Positions 1-15,746 of a stretch of 64,000 nucleotides of DNA are shown piece after piece. The DNA is from the human T2T-CHM13v2.0 reference genome, Homo sapiens. Under the pieces are notes generated by a model. The model ran no database searches. It had not been told where the DNA came from and saw only the letters and a list, made by a program, of their open reading frames with translations. The stretch lies in assembly GCF_009914755.1 (NCBI RefSeq), contig NC_060936.1. One strand, given 5' to 3'. Numbering within the stretch: the stretch's first letter is position 1; the number at the start of each line of letters is the position of its first letter. A program made the translations under genes and the position numbers.

Positions 1-647
1 AGGGCATTGTGACTTGCCCCTCAATTTCTGTCCATTGAAGTCTGGTTTTCCATGAGGAACTTGCGGGCTCACCCACCCCCAGAGTGAGAGAAGAGGAAGG
101 CGAAGTCATCACAGACACGGTCTTAGCCACCTGCTGAACTAATCCCTCCGCTATTGAGGGTCAGGGTTGTGAGGCAACCATCATGTGTCACCCCAAAATA
201 TAAATGTTTCTGAGCCGCCCATCCACTGGCATTTGGATTTGCTGCCAGAGTCCTGTTCCTCCCAGAACCATCCCGCCCTCCTGTTGACCATGTTACTTGA
301 GTGTAGGCCCGGTGTCAAGACCCTCAGAGTCTTTGAGGAAAGAGCCAAGCAGAGAAGACCGCTGCGTGGAGTGTGACACCACATGGCATTTCTCAAGCCC
401 AGCGGACCCTGTGTCAGCAAATACCAGTAATTTAACATCTGCTCCTGGCCTCCTCTTCACCTGCCTGGGTTCGGAACTGAGGAGGAAGGATGAGAAGAGA
501 CTGCAATGCAGCAGGCACCCTCTGCAGAGTGAGGCCGCCCGTCCATCACTGCCAGCCCTGGGCTGCTCAGGAGGGGACGTGAACCACTCAAAGGAATGTC
601 TTAAAGAGGATCTGGAGTTTCCCCCATGCAAATTAGGGAAGAATTAG

Positions 648-779
648 GCAAGAAAAGACATACATTACAGGGAAATCCTTCTGAACAAAATGGCTGTCTT
701 CACCTACTCTTCTTGCAAGAAAAGACATACATTACAGGGAAATCCTTCTGAACAAAATGGCTATCTTCACCTACTCTTC
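648..779. repeat. 67-bp tandem duplication (2 copies)
   Basis: gcaagaaaagacatacattacagggaaatccttctgaacaaaatggct(g/a)tcttcacctactcttc starts at 648 and 715; 1 mismatch over 65 bp. Confidence 0.95.
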
Positions 780-1113
780 AGCAAAAACCGTCTCCAGACT
801 TTTTAGTGTCAAAAATGTAACCAACTGTCTCCTGATTTTTTCCAATGTGTTTGGCAAGTGCTGTGGCCCTGTTGTAGGTACTTCTCCTGACTCTTGGGGG
901 AGAAGTGGTTTTAGGGATTGATTTGGGGGAGCGGGTTTTTGTCCCATCCCACCTCCTCTCTTCTTTCTCTGCTTGTCGATATTGTCTGTGTGATTCAGAG
1001 AATTGGGGCAGTTACATTGTGTCTGTTGTTGAGATTATTAAAAGATTAAAACGTAGTTGTAGAAATGAAAAATTAAACAGCTGTGTTTTAAAAATGCAAA
1101 CCAATATCTTGTT

Positions 1114-1119
1114 AATAAA
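1114..1119 (+). terminator. Canonical poly(A) signal AATAAA (proximal)
   Basis: gttAATAAAggaa at the end of an AT-rich tract. Confidence 0.5.
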
Positions 1120-2172
1120 GGAATTCAAGCTATGGGGCAGCCACACTCCCCTCCTCCCAGGCTGGCATAGGTGGCCCTGGGCTGGCGGCTTAGGAAGCAT
1201 GGAGCACACTTAGGGTAGTGCCTGCCTGGGCAAGAGACACCTGCCGAGCAAAAGGAACGAGAATCTGGGGCTCAGAGCCTCGCAGTTGTGCCAGGATTTT
1301 CCTATACATGTTCAGGACCTCTGGGTAGAGGTTTCACAGTTTGTGACCCCATAACCACCCTCACCCGACGTGGGTTCTAGCTCAGTGTGCCTAATACTGC
1401 ATGGTAACCTGGGCTTGACCCTGAAGCCCCTGCCTGGCAGGCCACAGGACCTCTCCTGCCCACTTGGTGCTATCTCTTCCAGTGACCACCCAGCACGGGT
1501 GAGCACTGGCCAGCCTGGAGCCTGCAATCCAGGTGGAACAGACTGTCCTCCATGTCAGTTCCTTCTGGCTTCAGGCCCTCAATTATTTCCCTTTGAGCTT
1601 TTTTAGACCCTAGATCTCCTAGGCCCAGGCTCTCTCTTGACCCCAGAGAAGCCACTGTCAGGAAAGGAAGTGAACCCTACTGAAGCCAGAGAATTCACCC
1701 CGGCCAAAGCAGGCCCTCTGGGTCCAGCCCCTCATTCCACACCACGCCAGTATTGCATCCATCTACTGCAGCTACACATCCTGAGGGCAGCACCACCCAC
1801 TCTGGCCTGCTGGCCCATCGCAGGACTAGCCCAGGCACCTGCCGGGCATTGCAGGATATCCAGTGGGGCCTGTGACTGCTCCCTGATGCGTCAGAAGAGA
1901 AGTGTTGCACTTTAGTGGAGGAGCTGAGGAGCACCTGCCCCCTTGTAGCTTGAGTTCCTTTTGGTAACAGTAGCAGCCTCCATGGTGGTGTCTGGGATGC
2001 ACGTGCACCCGCTGCCTTCAGCTGTATGTGTGTGTTCCTGCTGGAGTTGTGTTACTGACAGGATAATGACATTACAAAGAAATTGTGTTATATTCAACTT
2101 TGCCTTGATAATTATTGTAAACACTTTGTTCATTTTTTCTTTTTTATTCACAAACTAAATCCACCAGGAAAT

Positions 2173-2215
2173 TATAAAGTTATTTAAAAACCGTGCTGTG
2201 TCCTTCTTTGAGTGT
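2173..2215 (+). terminator. Variant poly(A) signal TATAAA with downstream GU-rich element (distal)
   Basis: attataaag...ccgtgctgtgtccttctttgagtgtc; U-rich region upstream at 2120-2150. Confidence 0.45.
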
Positions 2216-3439
2216 CACCCAGCTGATCATCCAGGCAAGGTGTGTCCCCAAATGCTAGAAAAGATGGACAAGGTCTGCAGTGCCCAAGAGGCCAACTCCA
2301 ATGGCAGGCAGCCCGAGGGCCAGGGGTCCCAGGATTTACGGTGGGTGTGGGAGTCATCACAGCCCTGACGGGCATGAGCCTCCTTTCCCTTCCCGCCTGA
2401 TCTCCGGGTTTGCAGCTTTTAAAGTCAATTCCCGGTTCCCTTTTTCCTTCTTTCTACCCTCAGCCCCGGGCCAGGTTATCCGTATCAGGTCTCACTGTTC
2501 CAGAGCTTAGAGTAGGTGCCCAGCGCTGAGGGATGGTGCTGCTGTTGTACCAAGGTAGAAGAGCCAGAAGGGCGGCCACCAAGGGAGGGCTTTGCCCAGG
2601 ACTGGGACTCAAGCTTCAGCAGGGCGCGTTCTGATGCACTGACTCTGGGGCGTGCAGGCTGGGTCAACAGAAAGTGTGTGTGCCAAGAGTAAAAGGAGCC
2701 GAGAAACCCTGTGCTTGGACGCGGCTGTCATTTCCAGCTTTGGGATTTGTCTTGGGCTTTATGCTCAATAAGAAATTATTCTGGAGGATTTCTTTTATGA
2801 GAATTACTTTTCTGCTTAGCCACACTTCTGTGTCTGCCCGAGAGAGGAATCAAGCCAGCTTGCTGCATTCCTTCCCTCTCCCGTGTAAATTCTGCCACAC
2901 GCTGGGTGTTGGCTCTTGGGAATTGTAGCAAGAGAGTCCAAACTCGTTCTTCCCGGTCGGCCCTCCCAGTGCCCAGGTCCCACCCTGGCCTCGCTCTCTG
3001 CAGCCACAGCAGCTGTTGGGAAGCTCTGCCAGGGGAGACGTGCCCGGGAGACAGGGCGCTGTGGACACGGCTGCAGGGCTGAGGTTGCTTGTACTTTCAT
3101 CATATGAAGCAGGAACAATTTTACTAGCCGAGCATGTATTATTCTGCACAATATAAAATCACAACCACAAGCAAATGTGTCCACAGAAAGCTGTCAGATT
3201 ACACTGGTCAGCTGTTTCCAAGGTTTCCCATTCATCTTTTTTACTATTTATTCACCCTGCATTCTACCAGTGCCCAGTTGCAGGCAAGTGGACACCGACA
3301 ATAGATTTAAAGAAAATATGTGAAAACTTTTAAGAATTCCATCCATTAATTTTTTTTCGGAACTGAGAGAAGATAACTAGTACTTTATTTTTGAGGTGGA
3401 ATATCTCAGGCTGGCTCAAAAATGATTAGGAGCTACTTA

Positions 3440-3742
<303 letters not shown>

Positions 3743-4329
3743 GGCTCTGGGGCTGGGGGGAAGCTGGTGTGAGGTTTGTGAGCCTTCCCAGGTGTCCTGG
3801 AAAGGGCCCAGACTCGCAGACTGCAGCCCTGGGCTGCCGCTTGACCTCCCAGCCTCTTCTTCACCTCTGAAAGAATGCCTCCTTCATCCCTGTCCCCAGC
3901 CTAGGTCATAATGAAGGTGCCGTAGGATAATCTTTTTCCTTTTTGAAATTTTCTTTACAGAGCATAAATTGCTTTCTTAACATCTGCGATTCACTTAAAA
4001 ATAATCAAGCATGTCTGTCGGGGAGGAGCGAGGGCGTGGAGACAAAAGATGGGCCAGAGGTCGGTAATTATGAAGCTGGGGAACTGCGTGCATGGGGTTT
4101 GTAAGTCCATTCTCCTTATTCTTGTGTTTGAATGTTTCCTGAATCAGTTAAATATTCACATCCTTCAACTGTACTTGCCCATACAGGCCTCTTCCTCCGA
4201 AGATCCAAGCACTCTGCATTCACAAAGGGCCACCGTAGCGCTCCGTTCAGAATTTGTACTTCCCTGTGTTCTAGACTCCAGGCTACAAATAATAAAAGCT
4301 AGTGACATGTGGACCACCTGCCAGCTTCA

Positions 4330-4515
4330 GTTCTGAGCACTGCACAGGTTTGGTGTCGGTTCACCTTCACAGCAGTCCTACAAGGTGGGTACTGTTATCC
4401 CACTTTACAGGAGAGGCACAAAGTGGACGCACGACCTTCCCAGCGCCACACAACATGTTAGTGGTGAGACTGGAATTCACACCCGACTCTGTCTCCAGAG
4501 TGTGTGTTCTTCAGC
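4330..4515 (-). mobile_element. MIR SINE fragment
   Basis: MIR core-like gtactgttatcccactttacaggagagg...ctggaattcacaccc. Confidence 0.6.
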
Positions 4516-5067
4516 CCACTGCTGTGGCCACCTCCCGGGGAGGACAGTCTGCTGGGGACAGCTAAGCCCAGTGAAGTGCAGTGGGGCACGAGAGCAGGCA
4601 GTGCTCGTCACACAACTTCAACAGGTGGATTTTGCCGGAAAAGGGGGTGAAGGGAAGCCAAAAAGACAGATGAGCAAGACCAGGGAGGTAGGAAAGTACG
4701 AGGAGGGCACTTGGGACAGCAAGTGGCCAGTGTGGACAGAGGACATGCGTACTGCCTGGCTTCAGAGCGACGAGGCGCGGCCGTGGCCGCAGGTGCAGCA
4801 TGAAAGGGGATCCCCAGTGCCCTAGGAAGGAGGCCAGCTTGGGAGACACGATCTCACAGCCCCAGTGGTCCCGACCCCTCCCCAGCTACCGACGAAGAAA
4901 AGCCTCCCCAGGGGCTGATATAAAAAAGCAAAGGAAACACCCCTGGGCACATGCATTCTGGAGCTGCCAGCGTGTGACCTGAGGGAGGCTCCCCAGGCCA
5001 CGTGCAGAGAAGCTACATGAGGGGACTCTGCTTTCCTAAGGGAAGGAGGATGTTCTTATTGATACAT

Positions 5068-5348
5068 TGAGAGACACATCTGGCTCTGTCACCCAGGCTG
5101 GAGTGTAGCACTGCAATCATAGCTCACTGCAGCCTCGACCTCCTGGGCTCAAGTGATCCTCCTGCCTCAGCCTCCTGAGGAGCTGGGATAACAGGTGTGT
5201 GCCACCACGCCCAACTAATTTTTTAAACTCTTGTAGAGATGAGGTCTCACTATGTTGCCCAGACCGGTCTTGAATCCTGAGCTCAGGCAATCTTCCCTCC
5301 TCAGCCTCCCTAAGTGCTGGGATATAGGTGTTAGCCAAAGCACCAGCT
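5068..5348 (-). mobile_element. Alu (AluJ-like), tail eroded
   Basis: gctcactgcagcctcgacctcctgggctcaagtgatcc (antisense AluJ). Confidence 0.92.
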
Positions 5349-7345
5349 GACATGGGACATTGTTTTTACCGCATCCAGGCAGGTGGGCCCTTTAGAAAGG
5401 GCATCACTCAATCTTCAGTTACTCAACATGAGGTCTGTATTTTGCCTCCCTTCACCTGCTTTTCTGGCAGAGAAACTAGAAATGAAAGATTAAGTTGCCC
5501 TGAGTTATACAGCAACTTAACTGGACCTGGGTTCAGAATGGGTCCATCGCTGCCAAACCTTTCTCTGGCCCCAGACTCCCTGACAGCCTCAGAGGGGTTG
5601 AGGCATCAGGGCCACACTGTGGCTGGGGGTTTCAGAGGAAAGAGGAAAATAACATGCGTGGCTTGGTCACCATTACGGTGGATGTGAGTCACGTCAGGAT
5701 TTCAGGCTCCGTTTGGCTCTGGGCAGTTGATTTCCTGGGAATGAGGCGATGAAGCCCTATGAATGTTCTCTCCTCCAGGCCCTCAATGGGACAGGAATGA
5801 GGTTTGCAGCTTGGTAGTGCCACTCCAGCCCTCCCTGTCCACAGGGACCATTCCTTTGCCGTGTCGTCTGGGGAAGAAGCCATCCCCTGCCATAGGCAAT
5901 GGCTTACAGGGTGACCTGGGACATCCGTGCCTTCGGCTGGGTTCAGCCGTGAAGCACTCTTCTTCCCAACTCCTCCTGCTGCTCCCAGCGTGCGACATTC
6001 ATCTTTCCCTTCCCAAGTTAACGCTCAGTTCTGTCTTGGCCGCCTTGGCACCTTCCCGGCCCCTCAGTCTCGGTCTCCACAGCACTTGGTCGGCTCAGCC
6101 TTGTTCGTGCGAGTCAAGAACTTGAGCCGCGCTGCTCTGAAGAGGGAGAGTCAGATGTGGGCAAAAAAAGTGCATCGAATGTCTGAGAAACTTCCATAAC
6201 AAAAAGCCATCTCTGGCATCTGAAAGAATTCACGCTCGAAAGATGGTTCCTGCTTGGTTTGTCTTGGGCTTACACTTTTTTATTACTATGATTTTATTCT
6301 TCAGGGTTGTGGGAATCTGCATCTTGACTTGGACCTGGCCCGTGTGCAGGATGTAATGGGCTGATGTGCCTGGACTCCTCCCTCTGCATTTGTGCAGTGC
6401 TCCCGTGCCGGGAACACAACCCAGGAACAAGGACTTCCGTGCGACGGTGCCCCGGCCACCACCACGCCTCCCGCAGCAGCCAGGCCCGGGCCTTGAGGTC
6501 AGCAGTAAACCCCAGGACACAGGCAGTGACCCTAGACGAGCAGGGCAGGTCCAGGTGACGGGAGGCGTGCCACGTTTCTCCATCCCGAAGTTCTTCTTGG
6601 TTTTTATCCTAAGTACTGATGTCAGGATGACTCGGCAGCTTTGACGAGCCATCTGGCCCTTTAGGCAGGAAGCCAGTTGGCCTTCCTCCTCCCACTGTCC
6701 CGCCTGGGCACTCCCATGGGGCTGGCTGCAGGGGGACTGACCTTCTCAGGGGAGGCTGCCTCCGGCTTCACCGCTCCTCCCCGAGCACAGCCTTTGTGGG
6801 GCCTACGGGGCAGTAGGAGACAGGACGCTTGTCCTGCGGAATGGCAAGGAATCAGCTCTCCATTTCAGGGCAAAGTGGGGCCTGGATTGTGGGCCTTGAA
6901 CATGAAGGCAGGTGGGCGAGGGACTAGGGGACCGCGTGAGGCCCGACGTGCACACGGCAGGGCCCGGCACCCATGGTTGCGTTCGGTCGGCCTTGGCCGG
7001 CTGGCTCCTGCTTGGAAACTTGCTGGGTGGTGTCTGCGGTAAGTCGGTGGCATTATTCCCAGGGGCTGTGAGGAAACCCTCATATCGTTTGTCCTAAAGC
7101 CTAGGATCTTGGAAACAGGACCATCACCCTTATAGAGGTCATCCCCCTCTGACCAGACCCTATTCCAAGGCCATTTCCTGCGTCTAAAATCCTCCGTGGG
7201 TGTAGAAACCAGCTAGAGATGGGAGCACTGAGGCCTGCAATGGGAGCTCTCCTGGAGACGTGAGGGCGTTGCCGGCCTCTTCACGCTACCCCTGCTCCAA
7301 GACCACCTCCAGCCCTCACAGAGGCCTCTGGGCCTGCCCTCCTGA

Positions 7346-7856
<511 letters not shown>

Positions 7857-8912
7857 GGGATGTTCTCTTGAATGAGAGCTTTGTCTGCCCTGCCTGTCAG
7901 TCACTGTGACAAAGGGGACCCAGGCAGACTGGAGCCCAACATTGGATCCTTTGCCAGGATGTCACGTCATGGGGTTCAAGCCGCAGCATGCAAGCCATCC
8001 CTGGCTCCGGTATCTCTGAACTCTCCTACATGGACTAAATGTCACAAAAGCCCCTTGAAGAGTCCCCAGGCAACCTCCGTGGTGAGAGAGCACTTAGATC
8101 TCCATTGCCTCCCACCCAAAACAGGAGCCTGCTTTCCTTCTCCTGTCCCCTCACTGACTGCAAGCCCCTTGAGGGCAGGGCATGTGTCTGTTCCTGCTTT
8201 TGGGTCCCCTGCAGACCCAGTCAAGCATGCCTGTGCACACACTGACCTTGCCAAGTGATCAGCGCTGATCTGATGACTTGCAGGCTTCCCAGGGCTTCGT
8301 CTTCCAGGACCTTCTTTTCTGCAGCTGGCACAGTTCTAGCCCACGTCATTGGAGATGTGTCGGGCCTGAAAATATTAGCCTGGACATCCGTTACGACCCC
8401 AGCTTTCCCTGTGGGCGGGACAGGTCAGAGCAAGCCTGCGCGGTGGCTACCTGATGTCAAGGGGAATCCCACTTGCTGCCTCTGCGGAATTCCTTGTTTC
8501 CAGGCCAGGGTCCAGGACAGCAGGGTCTGCCGCAGCCTTAGCTGCCTTGGTGCCGGGCCTGACTGCATCTCCAGTGCAAGCAGCCAGGAGGGAGGGAAGC
8601 AGCTGTGTGAGGATCCGACCACGGCCTCCTCTCCTCTCCTCGCTCCCCTATGCTGAAATCTCCACACAGGTCCTCTGGTGCGCTTCGAACTTGTATTTCC
8701 TCCCAGGGGCACACAAGAGGCCTGATAAGTCTCCTTCTTTACTTCCAGGGAAACAGTACTGAGTCTGGTGAGGAGGCAAACGCTCAGAATCTACTGCAGG
8801 TGTTAGTTCTGCAGAGGAGTCTTCCTGCTTAAGGGCTCATTTGATGTTCTGGAAATTTGCCAGGTACTGAAATACAGCCAGTCTTCCCAAAGATTCCTCC
8901 GCTCCTCTGAGT

Positions 8913-8916
<4 letters not shown>

Positions 8917-8948
<32 letters not shown>
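8917..8948. repeat. (GT)16 microsatellite
   Basis: Perfect dinucleotide run. Confidence 0.97.
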
Positions 8949-8950
<2 letters not shown>

Positions 8951-10198
8951 AGCCACACAACCTGACTCTGTGTTCACACACACGGGCCCTGGCCAAGTGT
9001 GAGGGTCTCCACGTGACAAAGGAAATGAGTAAACAACTTCAACATTGTTGTTTCCCTCTGAGGCTTGCAAAGAAGGTGTTAAGAGCACAAGATTTAAATC
9101 ATAAACTTTATTAAAAGCCAAACAGCCCAATGTGCGATTCTTGCCAACTTGGACAGAGTCTTTGGGGTAATGCTACACGGAGCTAATCCAGAAGGAATCG
9201 AGTGGAGGAAGACGGCAGGGTGGGGGTGAGCCCACGCGTCCAGCCAGGAGAGGCAGAGGGAGGCACAGCCCCGACACAGCCACCCACCCTGTGGCCAGAG
9301 CAGGGTGGCGCAGGAGCTGGCAAGACCTCTAAGCTGTTCCTGCTTCTGCTCTCCTCACACTGTTTCCTTAGCAAATGGAGCCTCCTTCACGCCTAAAGGG
9401 CCCAGAGCAAGGCAGGGGGAGGAGGGCCGACCCCTGCAAGACTGAGAACTGGCCAGAATTGCCCACTTGCTAGACTAGCAAGAGAGCGAAGTCCCAGTGG
9501 GTACCCCCGACGAAGGACACCCGTTCCTTACCCCCCACCCAGAGGCACCCTTCCTCCTCCAAACACAAGATGCTGCTCCAGCAGGGGCAGGGACCATGTC
9601 AGCCTCCCACAAGACACACACGGGAAAGCCCTGCTTGTGAGGGCGCCACACCCAGGGCAGGAATCAGAATGAAGACACGACTCCACAGTGAGCACGGGGC
9701 TCGGGACAGGACCCAGCGTGGCAGACCAGCCAGAGAAGCTTTCACACTGCAAACAGCCCGCTCCACCTACACCCCGACTGGGCTCCACGACTCCCCGCAA
9801 GTGCCCTGCCACCTCAGGCACCTGCCCCCACGCCCACTCAGCGTCACCCCCTCGGCGGTTCATCTCCAGAAGGCTTGGAATTGATGACGTTTCTGCACCA
9901 CGAGGGGCTTTTGCGATTCTGCGTCACTGAACTTGCATCTCATCCCCACGATCCGACATAAGCTTGCCAAGGACAGGACCTCGTGGCACCCGGGACAGGG
10001 GCCACCCCATCCTACATGTGACAAAGCTGTCCCTCCGTGGAGCTGGCGTCTCTGATTTCCTCGGCCTGAGGGAGGCAGTGAAGATGAAGGAAGGAGGGAG
10101 GGCGCCTTGGTGGTGGGTGCAGCTCTGTGCTGGTCTTTCTCTGGCCACCTAGACTTCAGTGGCCAAATGGCTTCAGGAGACCCACTGGTCTTTCCTGT

Positions 10199-10533
<335 letters not shown>

Positions 10534-10930
10534 TAAATCTCCCCAGGATAATCTCATGAGAGCACGGATGCTTTGCCCAGAATCTCTGCAACCGAGGAAG
10601 GTCTGTGGCACGGGGTGGGCCCTGAGAGACTTCACCTAAAAACTTTGGGTTCATTCCCCACCCGTGTGTGTATGTAGGTGTCTCTGTAGACAGTGATTAA
10701 AAATACTCCTGACTGGATATCACCATCTGCAAAACAGGCTTCTATTCAGTGAACTACCTCTTCCTGAGTTCCTCTTAATTCCTCTTCCTTAATAGCAAGA
10801 GACTCGAGACAGCTCACACAGGCTGGAGTGGCTGCTCGTACTTGCATTTGACCCTGGCAGAATACGCCCCTTCCTGAGGTGGCAGCAAGGAAAGAAATGC
10901 TCCGCCTGCCCTCCCTCGGCACCCTGGCCC

Positions 10931-11019
10931 CCGTCACCCACACCTCCGTCACCCGCACCCGCCTCACCTGCACCTGCCTCACCTGCATGACCTCGCCCGT
11001 GCCTGCCTCACCTGCACCC
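10931..11019. repeat. Degenerate 15-bp minisatellite (~6 units, gcctcacctgcacc[t/c])
   Basis: Units start at 10931, 10946, 10961, 10976, 10991 and 11005. Confidence 0.8.
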
Positions 11020-12164
11020 ACCCTTGCCCGCTAATTGCCATTTGGGCTCCGAGGGATGCATCTCCAACCCCAAATCTGTCAGGCCCTTGCCCAGAGCTGC
11101 CCTTGTTTTCTTTCTCTTCTATTTTTTCCTATGCGCAAAAAGATCTCACCACAAAAATGTTTTCTTCTCTTCCTCCACTTGTAGCGACTGGGATCAGGAA
11201 ACCGCAGGGTGGAAATTGTGGGGGCCTGTAGCCCAGAGTTCTCCTTATTCGGGTGCTGATCAGGACGGGTCTCAAGATTGGAAGGAATTTCTCCTGGGTC
11301 TCCAGGACACAAAAATCGCAGCTGTCTGCAGCTGGGCTGGGTTGGTGGCAGTTTCCTGACCCAAGCCCCATGATTTACGTTCTGTGTCCCTCCCTAGCTT
11401 TTGTTGAGATGCCCTTTGAGGTTTGCTGGTGTGTGTTTGTCCCAGGTTTGCATCAGTCACTGCACTGTCAGGGACTCTAGTGACCAAACAAGCCCGGGCC
11501 AGCCGGCCCCCACCTTGCCACCTCCCGCCACTCGCACCCGTGTGGACGGAGGCGGCCAGCATCGGCAGGCTGTGCCTGAGGTGCTGTGGTCTTCACCCAG
11601 CGCCTTCACACAGACGACTCCTCGCTCCATACCAAGCACCCCATAGATTTGTTTGTGTTTTTTCACAGTGGCCCTCTCTGAGTTTTAAAACTGGGAATTA
11701 GAAGGGAGTTATTGATATGAAAACCACGACAGGAGGTTATTCATATGAGAACATACAGCATCTTTGATCAACCAACACGCCCTCCCAGCTTCCGAGTTCT
11801 TGAAGGTCTGATGATGGGTCAGGGCTGAGCTTGCCCTTTCCATCCGTTACCACCTTCCATGCAAAGCTGAATGAGAACGTGGCTCACATCTGCTTTATCA
11901 TCAGTACATCCCTGTGCTTAGGAGAGTGTCTGGAGCATTCTAGGTGTTCAATAAAAATGCTTTCCATAAATGAACATGAGGGAAGCTGAGGCCCGGAGCA
12001 GCGACGCCACTTACACAGAGTCAGGCAGCCCAGCAGTGGCCAGGCTGACTGAAGCCCAGGCCTCCTGCCCCCAAGCCAGAGCTCCTCCTCGCCACCTTCC
12101 GAGCATCTGCGGTAGCTTCTCTGGGTGTAGCTTGTGGTGCTCTTTCAAAGACCACCCCCAAATG

Positions 12165-13335
<1,171 letters not shown>

Positions 13336-13344
13336 ATGAATTCT

Positions 13345-13623
<279 letters not shown>

Positions 13624-14080
13624 TTAATTAATTTTAAAAGCCAATTTGCTAGCCCAGCACCAAGGCCTCTCCCCCGACAGACCTCTGGCCCTGCACCCCT
13701 GGGCCTGCCAGCACTGGTACCCACCCTGGGCTGGGTTGAGGGTGGTGTCCCTGGGCTGTTGAGAGGCTCCTGGCCCCCATGCCCCGCCCAGCCCTTCCCG
13801 CAGTCCGGAGGCAGCACCTCCCCAGCCCTGCAGACCCAGGCTGTCGAGCCACTGCGTTGGCTCCCTCTCGCCTAGTCAACAAGCATCTCTGAACATGTCT
13901 TCTGTTTTCTGAATGGGGAATAGGGCACAAGGAGGTTGAGTAAAGGACTTTTTATTCTATTTGTTTGATTTAGAGCACAAACCTCCTGAGAAACTCATTT
14001 TATATAAGAATAAAGAAAAGGCTGCTTTCTATTAAGGGTACGGCAGGAGGGCAGTGGGGGTCACCCCAACTTCCCTCTGA

Positions 14081-14500
<420 letters not shown>

Positions 14501-14948
14501 TAAAGGATGTTAGAAATAATCCTGTCCAGTCTCTTCATTCTAAACACAAGGAGGCCTCAAAATATGTGGCCCTGTGTTCAAGGTCACATGGCCATGCATG
14601 GCAGCACCCAGACCCTGCTCCTCGGCCCCAAGCTCCCGCCAGTAGCACGCAAAAGATCTCGGAGCTGGGGCACCCTGGCCCCGGGTGACCTGGACACCCG
14701 CTAGCACGCTAGCGTATACACGGGTATATGGCACTCGCCTGCTCAGCCTTACACACCCTCCCATCCCAATAGGTCATTTTGTCAGAAAAGAAAATGACTC
14801 TAATTCGGAATTATTTATTTTTACTCAACCCGTATTGGGTCCTAGTATGTAATAACTCCTTTTCAAAGTATCTAGAAATACCTTAATAATTTCCCCCGGA
14901 TTTTTTGCTGGAGATTAACATTAATAGTACGAAAAAAAGAGAAAACAT

Positions 14949-15746
<798 letters not shown>

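Larger units (their letters stand above)
41..2200 (+). other. Probable terminal exon / 3'UTR of an upstream + strand gene (unidentified)
   Basis: No recognisable interspersed repeats. AATAAA at 1114-1119; TATAAA at 2173-2178 followed by GU/U-rich gtgctgtgtccttctttgagtgt; AU-rich stretches; miRNA seed matches. Possible acceptor tttctgtccattgaag| at 40/41, but the exon may start before the window. Confidence 0.55.
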
